In this document: piece by piece, positions 23,111-35,988 of the stretch
Numbering within the stretch: the first letter of the stretch is position 1
Layout: each line of letters begins with the position of its first letter
NCBI RefSeq assembly: GCF_001194135.2
Contig: NC_068982.1
Location: 163,501,533 to 163,565,532, forward strand
DNA length: 64,000 nt
Source: Octopus bimaculoides
Taxonomy: Eukaryota
Direction of reading: 5' to 3'
Position numbers and translations under genes: made by a program
The notes under the pieces: generated by a model
The model's database searches: none
Told to the model about the DNA's origin: nothing
Seen by the model: the letters and a program-made list of their open reading frames with translations, nothing else

Positions 23111-25424
23111 GGGTGATGATAAAAAATTACTAAAGATAATGATAGAAAGCAGTGGTAATAATGGAAAACAACTAAAATAATAACATAATAATAGTATAAT
23201 AATGGTATATTAATACTATTATTATTGTTGCTATCATTTTTCATTATTTGTGGCACTTTCTGTCAGCATCTTCAGTAATTTCTGTTTATCATCATCATAA
23301 TTATGATAATTATCTTCATTAATATCATCATCATCGTCTTAATCCTCATTAACCATATTATTAATTTAAGGTTATGCTTATTTTTATTTTTTTAATAATA
23401 GCATTATTAAATACTCATCATCATCATCATTATTGTAATTATTATCATCAACATCAATATAATCAATGTTGCTGCTTTTGTCTTTTACTTTTGTGATTAA
23501 TTAATATCTAACCCTGCTAACTTTATTCTACAGAATATCTGAGAAGCACAAATGCTTACCTCTAGTTCAATTTATGACTTTATAGCTAAATAGCAGAGCA
23601 ATGGCTTAATAAGAATTTTTTTTTTTTTTAAAAGAATCATTGTCTAAAGAACAAGGCAGAAATTCTTTAACCTATGTAAAATTTTGTCAGCAAGGTAATC
23701 ATATTTCTAAGCCCCACTTGAGAATGAATAGTCTTGTCTTTGGCAGTAGAGTTTATCATTCTTACCTTTCCTTCTATGGTTAAAGCTTATTGCTCGTTTA
23801 TTTTTTATCTTTTGCTTGTTTCAGTCATTAAACTGTGGCCATGCTGGGGCACCGCCTTCAAGAACTTTTACTTGAATGAATTGACCCTAGTTCTTATTTT
23901 TTTTTAAACCTGGTACTTCATCATCATCATCATCACCATCATCATTTAACATTCGCCTTCCATGCTAGCATGGGTGTACTACCAGAGTTCTCGTGTACTT
24001 ACTTTCTAAATTTATATTTGATTAGTTGAAAGGATATCTTCACTGATTCTAGAAGTTTGCTTTTCATGTTGGTAATGGGAATCTTCAGCTCAGTATGTAA
24101 ATCTTGGCATCATGCATTTTTTTCGGTGTTGTAGCAGCACAGATCTGCATTGTAATGTGTTATATGCTTGTGTGCATTTTGTTGTTGCAGTAATCTGTTT
24201 CTTGTATTACAAGCTGTTAATGATAAGTATTTTGGGTAGCTGCAGTTCTCTCAAATGTGATGAACCCAAGAGAGCTTTCTTTAGGATTGAACTGAGCTGA
24301 CTGAGTATGATGTTATAAATGTGCATTTTGCAAGTAATGTATCCTGCTCATTCATGTTTTTGCATAGTAATCCAAACCTTGGACTATTTTTATTACAGAT
24401 AGTGATGATATATTTTGCCTGGTAACATAAAGATTTTCAAGTTCTTTTTTCATAGCTAACCTTTCCTGAAGTGTTATTCAATATTTGATCAAATTGGTTT
24501 TCTTGATAAAACTATGACTCTGCACTTTGAAAGTTCAAATTTTCCCATCCAGTCATCTATTCAAGATTTCATTTTGATGAGATTTCTAGTTAAGATAGCT
24601 GTAGCATAAGATATGCAAGTTTTACTTGCATATCTTAACGGTGCAAATTGCATGGAGACATGAGCACTCAAAAACAATGAGTTTTTACAGGCGTTAATAA
24701 GATTATATAAAGAAAAAAAAAACTTTGAAAACTTAGATCAAATATTAAACTTTGCAGGACTGGCGATTTGAGTTATGCAACAGATCAGTGATCTGTAAGC
24801 AGTGACTTTGATGGATCATTTATTCAGGTAGCTTTGCAATCACCCAATCACCTAAGCAGTTTCCTGCTTAGGTGTTTAGCAGATGATTGTTGTTTAGCTT
24901 GATGCAGAAACTGTTGTGCTAAACTTTACCATAAGCTTTTTGCAATATTCAAGGATTAGACATATAATTTCTGACCTACATTCAGGTGTCATATGTCTGA
25001 ATAAGAAGAATGAAAAGGTCATTGCCAACATGAAATGTATTGACCCACTATTTTGAAATTGTTTATAGACTTCTGATTCTATTACTTTGGTGATAATGTT
25101 GAGTTAAGATTTAGATTGATATTTTGATGGATTGGCTATGAATTTTCATTTATAAGAATCTCGGAGAAGTCTCCCACTGGTTTAGAGATAATTAGCAAGT
25201 AAAGCACAGAGGAGAATATTAACCTAGGGCCTGACTAGTTCATTCAGCATTCATATTGGACTTTAGCTAGAATCTGGCCAATATAAGTTGCTTTATTTAA
25301 GTTATTACTTCATCTTTAAGATGTCCTTTGTTTTGAAGATAACAGTCTATAGCATAAAATTGTAAGATGTTTGGTGGTTCATCATCAGTGTTTGATAGCT
25401 GACATTTTTCTACAAGATATTGTT

Positions 25425-25576
25425 TGTCATGTGACTGCAGCCTTGCTGAAGCACCACCTTTTAGCTGAACAAATCGACTCCAGTACTAATTTTTTAAAAG
25501 TCTGGTACTTATTCTATCAGTCTCTTTTGCTGAACTGCTAAGTTACAGAGACATAAACATACCAACAACGCAGACA

Positions 25577-25622
<46 letters not shown>

Positions 25623-25920
25623 NNNNNNNNNNNNNNNNNNNNNNNNNNNNNNNNNNNNNNNNNNNNNNNNNNNNNNNNNNNNNNNNNNNNNNNNNNNNNN
25701 NNNNNNNNNNNNNNNNNNNNNNNNNNNNNNNNNNNNNNNNNNNNNNNNNNNNNNNNNNATATATATATATATATAAAAATACACAACAGGCTTCTTTCGG
25801 TTTCCGTCTACCAAATCCACTCACAGGGCTCTGGTCGGCCCAAGGTTATAGTAGAAGACACTTATCCAAGGTGGCATGCAGTAGGACTGAACCCAGAACC
25901 ATGTGGTTGGGAAGCAAATA
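25425..25920 (-). mobile_element. SINE family C copy with internal (CA)n / gap / (TA)n
   Basis: Both the 3' part (gcaccaccttttagctgaacaaatcgactcc) and the head (gaacccagaaccatgtggttgggaagcaa) are present around the microsatellite gap. Confidence 0.85.
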
Positions 25921-26230
25921 TATATTTCATTTGATGTACAGACTATAAAGATGAGAGCTACTAATAGTTCCTTTCTGTGAAGACAATGGCTAGGTTGGTT
26001 TTTATAAGGAGACTTCTGTCTCAAAGTAATCTTCACAAGGCACGTTATAAAACCTGCTTAGACACATGTCTTCAGAGCAAGAAACTATTAGTAACTGCTA
26101 TTCATATACTGTGTATATTTAACAATATTTGTCTTTTACTAGATGGAGCACTTTTGTGTTCATCTTTAACAAAACAATAAACTATATATGTATGTGTGTG
26201 CGCATGTGTGTGCGTGTGTATGTGTGTGTA

Positions 26231-26294
<64 letters not shown>

Positions 26295-27815
26295 ATCATA
26301 AATATACAGGGATTAGGGATAGCATGAGTTGCTTCTCCAACATACTGAGAATTTAGAAATAGCAGTCAAAGAACTACTGATTCCAAACTACAAATTTTTT
26401 CTCTAACGGATGGCGATATTTATGGCACACANNNNNNNNNNNNNNNNNNNNNNNNNNNNNNNNNNNNNNNNNNNNNNNNNNNNNNNNNNNNNNNNNNNNN
26501 NNNNNNNNNNNNNNNNNNNNNNNNNNNNNNNNNNNNNNNNNNNNNNNNNNNNNNNNNNNNNNNNNNNNNNNNNNNNNNNNNNNNNNNNNNNNNNNNNNNN
26601 NNNNNNNNNNNNNNNNNNNNNNNNNNNNNNNNNNNNNNNNNNNNNNNNNNNNNNNNNNNNNNNNNNNNNNNNNNNNNNNNNNNNNNNNNNNNNNNNNNNN
26701 NNNNNNNNNNNNNNNNNNNNNNNNNNNNNNNNNNNNNNNNNNTTCATCCCAGTTTGGAATTGTATTATTTTTTGCGAGACTCTGCTGAATATATTTGTGT
26801 AAACATTGGTTTGTTCTCCAAAGTATTATGATTCTTTAATTGACAGAAGGAATGGTATGTTATTCTTGATGTTCTTTCTGCATTTGTCACTGACGAAAGA
26901 AATGACATCTGCTTTTTTTATTTAGTTTATTTATTAATAATTTTCCACAGGGTACAATTATCCATGACCTTGTACACAATTGATGCAACTGAGTGCATTT
27001 CTCTCAGGAAAACTCCCCCCCCCCCCAATAATTGATCAGTTGCTAATTTAACATGGTATATTATGTACTCAAATTCTGTTCTTCTGATGCTTCAAATTTT
27101 CCACTTGTATAATTACTACCAGTACACTGGGAAGATGGGCTTCGCCTGCACAGGTTTATGATCTGAGGTACCTAGATATTCTAACAATATGGCAGCTGTA
27201 GATAAATATACCAGAATACCTTCACAAATTACTGCTCTTACACTGGTGCTCTTACAATTTGCTGTAAACCAAGGCAGCTAGTTAGCTGTAGGGTTCAAAA
27301 CCCATCAATTATCTATAGTTTTGCTATGAAACCAGTCTTGATGGTGGATGTGAAAACACAATCAATGCACTGAGCATTATGTAGTGTGTGCGTGTGGTAT
27401 ATATTATATATATATATATGCACACAGATGTGTGTCTGTATATACATTTGTAAACACACATGCCCAAATACATAGATAAAGCAATATACACACATATAAG
27501 TTTAAAATTGTTGGTGCAAAGCAAAATGAAATTGGAGATGGAAAGCAATTATGTAACAAATATTGGAAGGTTTTGGTTGTTGTTAGGGAACCAGTAAGGA
27601 GGAGAAGTAGGAGGAGGAGGAGGAGGAGGTGGTGGTGGTGGTGGTGATGTGGCTGTGGAGATGAAAGTTCAGAACTAGATATGGCAATGCTGGAGCTTCA
27701 TATCATTAAAGCGATATGTCAAGATTATTGGGCCAAAGATAATAAGCTGCGATGCATTATTGATTCTTGTAGTTGAGTTTCTAACAAAAATGGTTGTGAT
27801 GATGATGATGATGAA

Positions 27816-27848
<33 letters not shown>

Positions 27849-28141
27849 ATGAAGAAGAATCAGGAGGGGGGAAACAACAAGAATAATTATTATGATTAAA
27901 AAAATAAAATAAAATAAAACCCTTTGACGTGCAAGAGCAATAGTGTTTTTGGCTTCAGTTTAAGCTGGCATCTACAAATATAGGTTTTTATGGCAATCAA
28001 TAAAGTTTAAAGAAGAAGAAAAACAGAAGCAAAGTATATCAAAACAATCTAATCCAGGCGGCTATCTGAGGGTTTTTAGTTGGAACCAAGTCCCTGGTAA
28101 AGCCGTTATCAGTGTACTTTATACACATAAAAATATTATGC

Positions 28142-28180
<39 letters not shown>

Positions 28181-28274
28181 TATTATTGGTAAGGATTATT
28201 TATTAATTGTAAATTTATGTTAACATAAGAATACACACATATGCACTCAAAAATGTCTATGTGTGTGTATGAGC

Positions 28275-28319
<45 letters not shown>

Positions 28320-28959
28320 CACACATATGTATATATATATATATGTGTGTATAAACTTATATATATGTGTATATATATATATANNNNNNNNNNNNNNNNN
28401 NNNNNNNNNNNNNNNNNNNNNNNNNNNNNNNNNNNNNNNNNNNNNNNNNNNNNNNNNNNNNNNNNNNNNNNNNNNNNNNNNNNNNNNNNNNNNNNNNNNN
28501 NNNNNNNNNNNNNNNNNNNNNNNNNNNNNNNNNNNNNNNNNNNNNNNNNNNNNNNNNNNNNNNNNNNNNNNNNNNNNNNNNNNNNNNNNNNNNNNNNNNN
28601 NNNNNNNNNNNNNNNNNNNNNNNNNNNNNNNNNNNNNNNNNNNNNNNNNNNNNNNNNNNNNNNNNNNNNNNNNNNNNNNNNNNNNNNNNNNNNNNNNNNN
28701 NNNNNNNNNNNNNNNNNNNNNNNNNNNNNNNNNNNNNNNNNNNNNNNNNNNNNNNNNNNNNNNNNNNNNNNNNNNNNNNNNNNNNNNNNNNNNNNNNNNN
28801 NNNNNNNNNNNNNNNNNNNNNNNNNNNNNNNNNNNNNNNNNNNNNNNNNNNNNNNNNNNNNNNNNNNNNNNNNNNNNNNNNNNNNNNNNNNNNNNNNNNN
28901 NNNNNNATATATATATATATATATATATATACATACATATATAGATATATATCAGAGCA

Positions 28960-29135
28960 AGATGAACACCATGGGTTGTGAATGCAGAGGATATATGAAG
29001 ACTAGAACAAAATGAAGCTAGTATATTCCATTGGATTTGCAATGTTTGTATGCATATACAAATGTACCAAGAGAAATTGAATGCAATTGTATTGAGAGAA
29101 TAACTGGGCATGCAGGTATGGTCATATGTGTATGA
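28960..29135 (+). mobile_element. Degraded RTE-like LINE 3' remnant
   Basis: Frame NEASIFHWICNV... resembles the RTE C-terminal EASMLRWMCNV region. Confidence 0.45.
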
Positions 29136-29143
29136 AGATGAAA

Positions 29144-29348
29144 GGTAGCGAGCTGGCAGAAATGTTAGCACGCCAGGCAAAATGCTTTGTGGTATTTCGT
29201 CTGTTCTGAGTTCAAATTCTGCCAAGGTCGACTTCGCCTTTCATCCTTTCGGGGTCGATGAATTAAGTACCAGTTGTGTACTGGAGTCGATCTAATCGAC
29301 TGGCCCCCTCCCTCAACAATTTCGGGCCTTGTGCTTAGAGTAGAAAAA
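29144..29348 (+). mobile_element. SINE family B copy
   Basis: ggtagcgagctggcagaaatgttagcacgccaggc...ggtcgacttcgcctttcatcctttcggggtcgatgaattaagtaccag. Confidence 0.9.
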
Positions 29349-29487
29349 GATGTATATGAAGACAACAATGCCTCTTCCTTCATTTTATTGCCAGAGCTGC
29401 ACTGTCTTCAAATTGCTCAGCAACAGGAAACCTTTGCAGCTAATCTGCATTAGAAATAGACAGTGTGCTTTGTTTTGTCCCTATATT

Positions 29488-29535
<48 letters not shown>

Positions 29536-30539
29536 TATATTCATTTACAACAATTGTGATGTCAAGACAAGGCAACAGAAACATACATAATCACACACAA
29601 ACTTACATATAGACATATAAGATGGTCTTCTTTCAGCATTTGTCTACCAAATCCAAATACAGGGCTTTAGTTGGCCTGGGATTATAATAGAAGACACTTG
29701 GCCAAGGTACCATGCAGTGTGACTAAACCCATAACCATGAGATTGGGAAACAAACTTCTCAACGACACACTCATACCTGCATCTATATATCAATATATAT
29801 GAGTGTGTGTGTGTGAGTGAATAAATTAATAAGTATGCATAAGATGAGCAAGAACATATTGCACCTTGTGGTCAGTAGTGAATCAACTAATGGTCATTAT
29901 ATTCTAGCTAGGAAAAGAAAAAAAATGAAAAAAGAAAACCTAATACTAGACACCCAAGCACTGTAAAGTGAAGAACCATAATTATAAAGATGTGGAAGCA
30001 AGCCAAAATTGTTGGTAAATTGTGAAAGAGGTGTTTCCACCTGATTGGGTCATGTCACGACTATGTATCCTTTATGTGAAGATGTCAATAGTTTAAAACT
30101 GCCATGTGTCCAGCTGATGTTACTTTATAACTGCCCTAACTGCTTGAGTCTTTTAACTCTTACACAGTGGAGAACTGTTACTTGTGTCCAATTACAACAA
30201 TAATGGTTTTAAATACAGGCAAAGGTATTTGTATGTAGCTGATGACAATGACCATGGATTGTACACTCAAGTGTCATATGATTTCTCAATCATTGTTGCA
30301 TGTTACTGTGCCTTGCTGAATTTTGTTTGTCCCTTCAGTTCATTTTTTTTTATATAAGTATACATCCCTCCATTGATAATCTGATTTTTCTGTTTCTAGC
30401 AAACTACAACTCATATTTGCAATGGGGAGGAACCTCAACTTCATAATAGCCATCCACAAGAACAGGCATGTCATTTATTATCATGCATCCCTCACACACA
30501 GTCTGTCTTCTGTCAAAACTCCACATAACTCATCCAGCT

Positions 30540-30900
30540 GACAACAAGGTATATGTGAGGAAGAAAGAAAAGTCGATAGGTATGACAGGTTAGCTTGGGA
30601 GGTAAAGCAGTTGTGGTTGATGAAAAAGGTGCTAGTAGTACCAATAATTGTCGGAGCCCTGGGAACAGTGAGTAAAAATCTCGGGAAGTACATGGAACAA
30701 ATAGGGGTTGCAATAAGAGTGGAGCATTTGCAGAAAACAGCACTACTTGGAACTGCTTGAAAAATAAGAGGTGTTACCTTAGTTCACTGATAGTGAACAA
30801 CTGACACCATAGTACGTTTCCAGTGTTAGAAGCTGTGCAAAGGCAATAACAACAACAACAACAACAACAGCAATAATAATGATAATAATAATAACAATAA
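30540..30900 (+). mobile_element. R4/Dong-like non-LTR retrotransposon 3' end (restriction-like endonuclease region) with (AAC/AAT)n tail
   Basis: Frame EEERKVDRYDRLAWEVKQLWLMKKVLVVPIIVGALGTVSKNLGKYMEQIGVAIRVEHLQKTALLGTA*KIR, matching the K..Y..L...VP.VVGALG...LQK.ALLGT C-terminus of REL-clade elements. Confidence 0.8.
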
Positions 30901-30909
30901 TAACAATGC

Positions 30910-31140
30910 CAATTACTGTTGGGTGCTTGGGGACAATATCAGAAAGCATAAAGAGGAATATAAAGGAAATCAGAATACAGTGCCCAAAAAGCCAGAATAA
31001 TCAGGAAAGTATTAGATAGATGAAAAGAACAGATAGCATGGTACCATAGGCTGCAGGCAGCAAGCCTGCTATGCATGCAAGACTCCAGGAGTTAGAACAA
31101 AACCTGAGATAAAAAAGAAATAATAATAATAATGATAATG
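30910..31140 (+). mobile_element. Second, more degraded R4/Dong-like 3' fragment
   Basis: PITVGCLGTISESIKRNIKEI...ARIIRKVLDR* followed by an (AAT)n tail. Confidence 0.55.
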
Positions 31141-31179
31141 ATGATGTATGTATGTGTATATACATATATATATGATCAT

Positions 31180-31277
31180 CATCGTTTAACGTCCGCTTTC
31201 CATGCTAGCATGGGTTGGATGATTTGACTGACTGGTGAACCGGATGGCTGCACCAGGCTCCAATCTGATCTGGCAGT
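31180..31277 (-). mobile_element. SINE-like family A, 3' fragment
   Basis: atcgtttaacgtccgctttccatgctagcatgggttggatgatttgactg...caccaggctccaatctgatctggcag. Confidence 0.85.
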
Positions 31278-31582
31278 GCATGTGCACACACACACACACA
31301 TACTTTTATGGTAAGTGATTTGATCTGAGAAGATAGAGGGTTGAAACAGTTGTATCATGATAGATCCATCAGCACCAGAGAAAGCATTTAAAGAAAAAAG
31401 AAAATGTAATACCTGGGTAAGGTATGATCTCCAACCTGTTTATGAGATTAACTCCAAATAAGACCTGTAAAGACCCTTCCAACCCATGTTTGCATGATGA
31501 TAATGATGATGATTATGACAAGATGATGATAACAATGATGATGGTATAGGCTCTGAATCATAGAAGTAATGAATTTTTTCAT

Positions 31583-31810
31583 TTAACTCTTTAGCATTCA
31601 GATTCCTCTGTCAAATGTAGTGTTTATTTATTCACATTGATCTGAATTAGTCATGCATTATCCCATAGCTTGGAAATTGCAAAGATGTGATTGTTGATTT
31701 TCATAATGACATTGTAGGGTAAGTGTGAGAGGTGGGATCTGGTCAGTTTGAAGATGAAACAGGTAAATCATTTTGGTCAGAAATGGACAGTTTAAGTACT
31801 GAAGAGTTAA
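31583..31810. mobile_element. TTAA-flanked MITE (piggyBac-like non-autonomous element)
   Basis: Left ttaactctttagca and right tactgaagagttaa (12/14 inverted match), TTAA at both ends, no coding capacity. Confidence 0.7.
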
Positions 31811-33466
31811 CAGCCGACCACAAAGTTGAGATCATAGAAAAAAGTAGAGAAGAAAGAGAGGTGAAAGGAAAGAGTGTGTTAAAAATATGGTTAAGAGAGT
31901 GACTGAGGATAGGTAGGTAACATGGTGAATGAGTGAAAAAAAGAAAGATGTGAAACAAGCAGAGGTAGGTAGGTGGAAGAAGATAGATAAAGAAGAAAAA
32001 GGTAGGAAGTAAAATTTCAAGAATAGATAATGGAGAGGAGATGGCTGAAGGGGAAAAGAGTAACATCATGGATAAACAGAGAGTGGAAAACAGAAAGAGA
32101 AAAGAGAAAAACAGAGAAGAACTGTGTGTGTGGGGGTGGTGGTGGTGGTGAAATGAATAAGAGACAGAGAAAGAAAAAGAGTGAAACAGAAGAAAAATGA
32201 CAGAGATATAGATGAGTTCATTTATGCAGTGCCTAAGTGCACACTAATAAGCAGCAACATGGTGTATATATGTAATGCAGGCGTCATAACATAAACATGT
32301 GACATTATGTTGCTGAGCATCCAGATTAGTTTTACACCAATTTATAATGAAGCTAATTAGAAACACTTTTTATGTCCATACACACACACACACACACACG
32401 CATACTCTCGAGTCAGGCCCAAAGGTAAAGAGATTTTAGTGCAGAACTGAGAGAAGATGAAAGTTCAATATACTGGTATTGATGCTATTGTTGGTGAATG
32501 TGACAATCGAAGAAACACAAGCACACATGCATATTGTAAAACCATAACAACAACAGCGACAACAATAGCAACAACAAACATAAGCAAAAATAAACAAGTG
32601 GTTAAAGAAAATGGAAATTATATGTTAAGCTATGTTAATTTGTTTTTATGTTTTTACTTCAACATATTTTAAACTTCTGTTTTTATTTCCTAATCCAAAT
32701 ATGAAATTATAACAATAAAACCAAAAGTACAAAATAATAAAAAAAAAGAACAAAAATAACTAAATGAATAACAAGGAAAAAAAAAGTACACCGTTTTCTG
32801 TGTTTCCTAGTTAATCTTTTATCCATGTTAATATTTCTTATAAAACATCCCAGCTGCCTTCCCGCTTGCTCACCCATTCAAACTACCTCCCACATAACAA
32901 TCAATATTTAATATCAAATGTCACTTTATATTAGTTAAGCTGCTCACTCAAACACCAGTTCAATCCAAGTAAACACTTTTGTATTTTATTATTATTATTA
33001 TTTCTCTTTCATTCTTGTTGTTGTTTTTATTGGCTGCACTGTATGCAATCCTGTATAGCGTGATTTTTCTACTTGAAATTATTTCTTTGATTATTAATAT
33101 ATAAGAAGAGAGTCTGGGTAAGTGAATTTAATGAAAACTGTATCAAAAGTCGAAAGAAACAAAACACACTGTTGTTGTTTCAACGGGTTTTTGTATTTAT
33201 CTATTTATTTATTTGCTTTTTCAAATTCATTATTTTATTTCTACAAGAAGTTGATTATTCCAACTGAAGACTATTATTAATAGCTAAACAGATATTGTTA
33301 GATCTGTCTTTAGGAGTATCTTTATTTCCCATTTTTTTTTATAGCATCATGGTCCAGCTCCCTAGAATTACATACTCAAAAGGAAATAACAGCAGTTACT
33401 CAAAAAAATGAGTGAAGTCAATATGAGTAATAATGTTTACATAGAATTACACACACACACACACAC

Positions 33467-33503
<37 letters not shown>

Positions 33504-33965
33504 AACACACACACACATACACAGATATATACAGAGAATTTTTCACTCAAGACTATTTCCACAACAAAGATCTTTTCAAGTCCAAGTGTACATAAATGTG
33601 CTAAATATAATTGTACATACATATCTTTCAATCAACTCTTTGTGCACCTCTAGTTAACACACACACACACACACACACATTGTTATACTTGGGGATGGTG
33701 ATATTTTGCCAGTTAAACACATGCACTATGTATTTGGACTTTACTTCAGCTTTATTATTATTATTATTTTGGTTTCTTTGTTAAGTTATTTCATCACACA
33801 TCCTGTGACTTCTTCAGTGACTCTTCTTGTTCTGCTTATTCTGAAATCATGACCAAATATATAGTGCATGTGTTTAATTGATAAAATATGAACCATCCCC
33901 AAGTGTAACAATATCTGTTTCAACACATGATTTCATATCAAGAATCTTGCAAAACAAATACATTA

Positions 33966-34006
<41 letters not shown>

Positions 34007-34369
34007 TGAAGAAGAATTAGTTTATTTGCCACTATGAAAACATAAAAACTATGATAAAATACCTTAGAAGTCAACTCCATTGTATTTGAACAAAAATAGG
34101 AATGATATAAAGTAATAAAAAAATAATAAAAGGAATTGCAAAAAAAAGGGAGTAAAATATCTTAAATTGTCCTATGGTTGTTCAGCTTTACTTATATCTA
34201 CCTCCATACCACCACAATCTGTGACTACTACAATAATGAAACAGTGAGAGTCTGAAAGTGGTCAATTTACTTGCTATAAATAGCAATCAGATTTCCCTCA
34301 AACTAATTTTGTGCAGTGGTTTATCATCTATACTTTACAGTGCAAGTGCCACATAAAATGCACTCATGC

Positions 34370-34570
34370 TGGTGCTGCGTAAACACACCCTTGCCAGTGG
34401 TATATAAAGAGCACCCAGCACACTCTGTAAAGTGGTTGGCGTTAGGAAGTGTATCTGGCTGTAGAAACCATGCCACAACAGACATTTGGAGTCTTGACAG
34501 CTACCCGGCTGGCCAGCTCCATATCAAACCATCAAACCTACAGAAAGTGGATGTTAAATGATGATGATGA
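34370..34570 (+). mobile_element. SINE-like family A copy
   Basis: gcacccagcacactctgtaaagtggttggcgttaggaagtgtatctggctgtagaaacc...gtggatgttaaatgatgatg. Confidence 0.75.
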
Positions 34571-35949
34571 TTTTCTTTTACTATCCTAACCAGTATAAGC
34601 CTGTTATTAGATATTTTCACTTGTACTCCCATGTTAAATTTTTATGGAAATTAAAGGTGAGCCAGTAATGGACTATAGTGCATCATCAGCCATGTTTTTG
34701 ATTGCTTATAACACAATGTTCTACTCATATATTCTAATCACAAAAAAAAAATTGATTTGAAAAGTTGTTTTGCATCTTGTTAAATATTTCAATTCAAAGA
34801 AAAACCATGAGCTTTGTAAAAACTCAGCATTCTGCATAGTATCTTTTTGACATTTGCTGCTCCTGTGGGAGCATACAACACCAACCCACTAAGAGGGCAT
34901 TACCACCCAGGTTAAGAACTATTGAACAAGAAGGTAGCACAATCATAGATGCTCTACCTACCAGAAAAAAAAACAACAAAAAAAAAAGCAGACAAATTTT
35001 TCTGAAATCACACCTTACTGTCTTAAAAAGAAAGGGCACAATAGGTGATGTAGTTCAAATAAATTACAGTTGGGAAAAATATGAAATAGTCATAGCTGGA
35101 ACAGTTTTGATAATAGGTCTGTCCAATTAGGGCAGATTCTGAATAAAACAACAAGCACTTAACTCTCCTACACTTTGTTCAATTAATATTCTTTTAGCTC
35201 TAAGTATGGTCCTGTTCTATGTTCTACACTAAAAAATTCTACAAAACTATACTGATTTATTTTCCCTCCTAACAATTCAAAATAAATTTAATAGTAAACA
35301 TAATGGAATCTCTCCTCCCCCATTTACAGACTACAGACATTTGGAAAATGTCCAAGTCTTTTTTTTTATATTTAAAAAAAAAAAAAACATTTATTTAGTT
35401 CAAAAGATTTCTGCACTTTTTATATTTTGTCACATTCTGACACCCCACTCTAGAGAAATTTGGTCAGTTGAAAACTACCATTGACAAAGCAGGTTTTTTT
35501 TTCTCTTAAAATTCATAATGGATTTAGACATAATACTTTTTATCTACATCATCAACATCACCATGACCACTGTAAGAAGGAGGAAAAGAAATAGAGTCTA
35601 CAAATGATTTTGATTCAAAACATATTCTGCTTGTATTATGTTAGCTATATAAACATTTANNNNNNNNNNNNNNNNNNNNNNNNNNNNNNNNNNNNNNNNN
35701 NNNNNNNNNNNNNNNNNNNNNNNNNNNNNNNNNNNNNNNNNNNNNNNNNNNNNNNNNNNNNNNNNNNNNNNNNNNNNNNNNNNNNNNNNNNNNNNNNNNN
35801 NNNNNNNNNNNNNNNNNNNNNNNNNNNNNNNNNNNNNNNNNNNNNNNNNNNNNNNNNNNNNNNNNNNNNNNNNNNNNNNNNNNNNNNNNNNNNNNNNNNN
35901 NNNNNNNNNNNNNNNNNNNNNNNNNNNNNNNNNNNNNNNNNNNNNNNNN

Positions 35950-35988
<39 letters not shown>

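Noticed and set aside
23560-23585. Minus-strand acceptor/donor pair (tttag|...GAG|gtaagc)
   Set aside because: All three frames contain stops.
30168-30224. Plus-strand 57-nt exon-like stretch (GELLLVSNYNNNGFKYRQ), with other good + acceptors near 23533, 30400, 33345 and 36933
   Set aside because: Weak or absent donors and early stops. They do not chain into a credible protein, though a + strand lncRNA cannot be excluded.
31743-31900. Plus frame FEDETGKSFWSEMDSLSTEELT...
   Set aside because: Lies in the right half of the TTAA-flanked MITE and the purine-rich flank.
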